Shown here piece after piece: positions 16,925 through 18,329 of a stretch of DNA of 18,329 nucleotides. The DNA is from Coleofasciculus sp. B1-GNL1-01 (GTDB lineage Bacteria > Cyanobacteriota > Cyanobacteriia > Cyanobacteriales > Coleofasciculaceae). The notes below the pieces were generated by a model. The model saw only the letters and a program-made list of their open reading frames with translations, had not been told where the DNA came from and made no database searches. Position 1 is the first letter of the stretch. Each line of letters starts with the position of its first letter. A program made the translations under genes and the position numbers. Location: assembly GCA_040220235.1 (NCBI GenBank), contig JAVJTO010000065.1. One strand, 5' to 3'.

Positions 16925-17365
16925 ATGCATCATGCTTCAATTCGCACGGCTGATATTCATCGCGCGATCGCGTTCTACGAACAATTAGGGTTTACGGTTT
17001 GCGAACGCTTCACGGCGGGGATTACGCTTGCTTGTTGGATGGAGGGATTAGGCGGACGCATTGAACTGATTCAAATCCCGGAACCTAAACCTGCACCGGA
17101 TGCGTTTGGGGATGAACATTATGTCGGTTACTATCATCTTTCCTTTGATCTCACCGAAACAGTTCCCGATTTACCCAGTTGGCTGAAATTGCTACAACAG
17201 AAGCTAGCTGAGGCATCGAGTCAAAATCCGGATCAGTGTCAGCCGCTGAAAATACTCCTAGAACCCACTCAACAAATTATCGGCGATCGCGTGTACGAGG
17301 TGGCATTTATTGCGGATACCGATGGATTACCCTTGGAGTTTATCCGAGTCTTAGCAACCCGCTAA
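16925..17365 (+). CDS. VOC / glyoxalase family protein
   Basis: HHASIRT......FY..LGF, RIELI, YHLSF, F..D.DG.PLEFI. Confidence 0.9.
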   Translation: MHHASIRTADIHRAIAFYEQLGFTVCERFTAGITLACWMEGLGGRIELIQIPEPKPAPDAFGDEHYVGYYHLSFDLTETVPDLPSWLKLLQQKLAEASSQNPDQCQPLKILLEPTQQIIGDRVYEVAFIADTDGLPLEFIRVLATR

Positions 17366-17373
17366 TTTGTTCC

Positions 17374-17397
17374 AGACGTTTCAGGCAACGTCTCTAC
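17374..17397 (-). repeat. GTAG REP in minus orientation
   Basis: AGACGTT-TCAGGC-AACGTCT-CTAC. Confidence 0.75.
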
Positions 17398-17411
17398 ACC
17401 CATTGCTTAAC

Positions 17412-17687
17412 CTTACTTTTCAGGGGATTTGGAAAACCTCTCTCCAAACCTCTCTCCTACAAGGAGAGAGGCTTTGAATTCTCCCCCTTCCGTGCAAAAA
17501 AAGCGAAACATCCTTTGTCCTCCCCGCATAACAAAAAGCGAAGCATCAGCTGGCTTCCCCCTTTTGAAGGGGGACGGGAGGGGGATCGGGGGACGGGAGG
17601 GGGATCAAAAAGGGGGAAGGGGGGTATGGGAAGGGGGCTGGGGGGTTAGGTTTGATATCGATTTTTCTAGATGGCGTGAAAAGTCAG
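17412..17687. mobile_element. 276-bp MITE with a 10-bp target-site duplication (IS4/IS50-like ends)
   Basis: TIRs at 17412-17436 / 17663-17687 (19/25); flanking direct repeat ATTGCTTAAC at 17402-17411 and 17688-17697. Confidence 0.85.
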
Positions 17688-17712
17688 ATTGCTTAACGGG
17701 TGGATTAGAATT

Positions 17713-17738
17713 GTAGGGGCGCACGTCGGTGCGCCCTA
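17713..17738 (+). repeat. GTAG REP
   Basis: GTAG-GGGCGCAC-GTCG-GTGCGCCC-TA. Confidence 0.8.
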
Positions 17739-17791
17739 AGATATGTGTTAAACCCTTACATAAACATAGCTTGATGCTCGATGAAAGCGAG

Positions 17792-17894
17792 TAAGCTGTC
17801 ATGCATTTAAATTGGGAATGGGTAGTGAGCAAGATGCTCACACTACAAGGATTTTGCTTTTCTTGACATTACGGTTTAAATGCCGAACAGCTTA
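17792..17894. mobile_element. MITE with TA ends (IS630-like), copy 2, with an internal GTAG REP at 17822-17846
   Basis: Same TIRs as 15226-15354. Confidence 0.85.
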
Positions 17895-17921
17895 TGACGA
17901 ATGACGAATGACAAATGACGA
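17894..17921 (+). repeat. STRR heptamer (ATGACGA)x4; the last unit supplies the ATG at 17915
   Basis: ATGACGA ATGACGA ATGACAA ATGACGA. Confidence 0.9.
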
Positions 17922-18121
17922 ATATTGAAGCGTTATTAGATAATATCTATAATTCCTTTACGCCAATGCCGCTTCCTGCGGGTGATCCTCAATATGTGGA
18001 ATGTCGGGAGGTGCGGGGTGATGTGGAAATTGAACAATCCAGACTCCGCACTTCAAGATGTAGTACAGTAGATTACAGATTTGTCTCCGAGAACACTAAG
18101 CATAAATACTCACTTTACTGA
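17915..18121 (+). pseudogene. Truncated N-terminal fragment of a cyanobacterial P-loop ATPase
   Basis: IYNSF.P.PLPAGDP.YV.CREVRGD resembles, from recall, the N-terminus of a widespread cyanobacterial ATP-binding family. The similarity stops near 18037, before any Walker A motif. Confidence 0.65.
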
Positions 18122-18141
18122 GGATTGATACCTTGAGATAA

Positions 18142-18328
18142 TGGCTCTCCCGTACTTAGGGTGATAATAAAGTCTTATGAATTAAGCCAAAGTCTCACGG
18201 TGTAATACTTGTAGGTTAGGTTGACGAAGGGAACCCAACTAATTAAGCGATTAAGCTAGGTTTTCTTCAAATCAAGCCAATCGCTACACATATAAGGAAA
18301 ATTTATCACCTTATGTACGGGAGAGCCA
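18142..18328. mobile_element. 187-bp MITE with 26-bp TIRs, containing a degenerate REP doublet at 18211-18287
   Basis: TGGCTCTCCCGTACTTAGGGTGATAA / TTATCACCTTATGTACGGGAGAGCCA (24/26). The TSD cannot be assessed at the window edge. Confidence 0.85.
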
Positions 18329-18329
18329 A

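Larger units (their letters stand above)
2258..17290. repeat. HIP1 octamer GCGATCGC, dispersed (at least 19 copies)
   Basis: Seen at 2258, 3060, 3668, 4106, 5017, 5322, 5790, 6151, 6535, 8005, 9708, 10241, 11725, 13389, 14244, 15943, 16140, 16964 and 17283. About 0.3 copies are expected by chance. Confidence 0.95.

Noticed and set aside
17236..17841. ORFs 17236-17649, 17429-17716 and 17605-17841
   Set aside because: Open frames across G/C-run MITE and REP sequence; low complexity and no coding signature

Overview
Cyanobacterial chromosomal window: at least 19 HIP1 GCGATCGC sites, psbY, and the heptamer/nonamer STRR repeats typical of filamentous Oscillatoriales such as Coleofasciculus (taxon is inferred). 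The genes are mostly housekeeping. In order: NTRC-type thioredoxin reductase, ctaA and ctaB, a VapBC-type toxin-antitoxin pair, a GT-C (family 39-like) glycosyltransferase, a 57-aa acidic lipoprotein missed by the ORF track, a GAF-GAF histidine kinase, an ftsL-like gene and ftsI, a DUF2993 gene, a glutamine-synthetase-family ligase, psbY (also missed), a gamma-carbonic-anhydrase-like gene, TIGR02652, a VOC-family gene and a truncated P-loop ATPase. The intergenic DNA is crowded with GTAG-REP palindromes and at least four MITE families, several of them nested. The most interesting signal is at 446-545 on the minus strand. It is a compact, apparently intact TnpB/IS200-IS605 omega-RNA-like scaffold with a candidate promoter and guide, but no tnpB, tnpA or left end. 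It sits back-to-back with the ntrC promoter and is a candidate stand-alone, trans-acting guide RNA.
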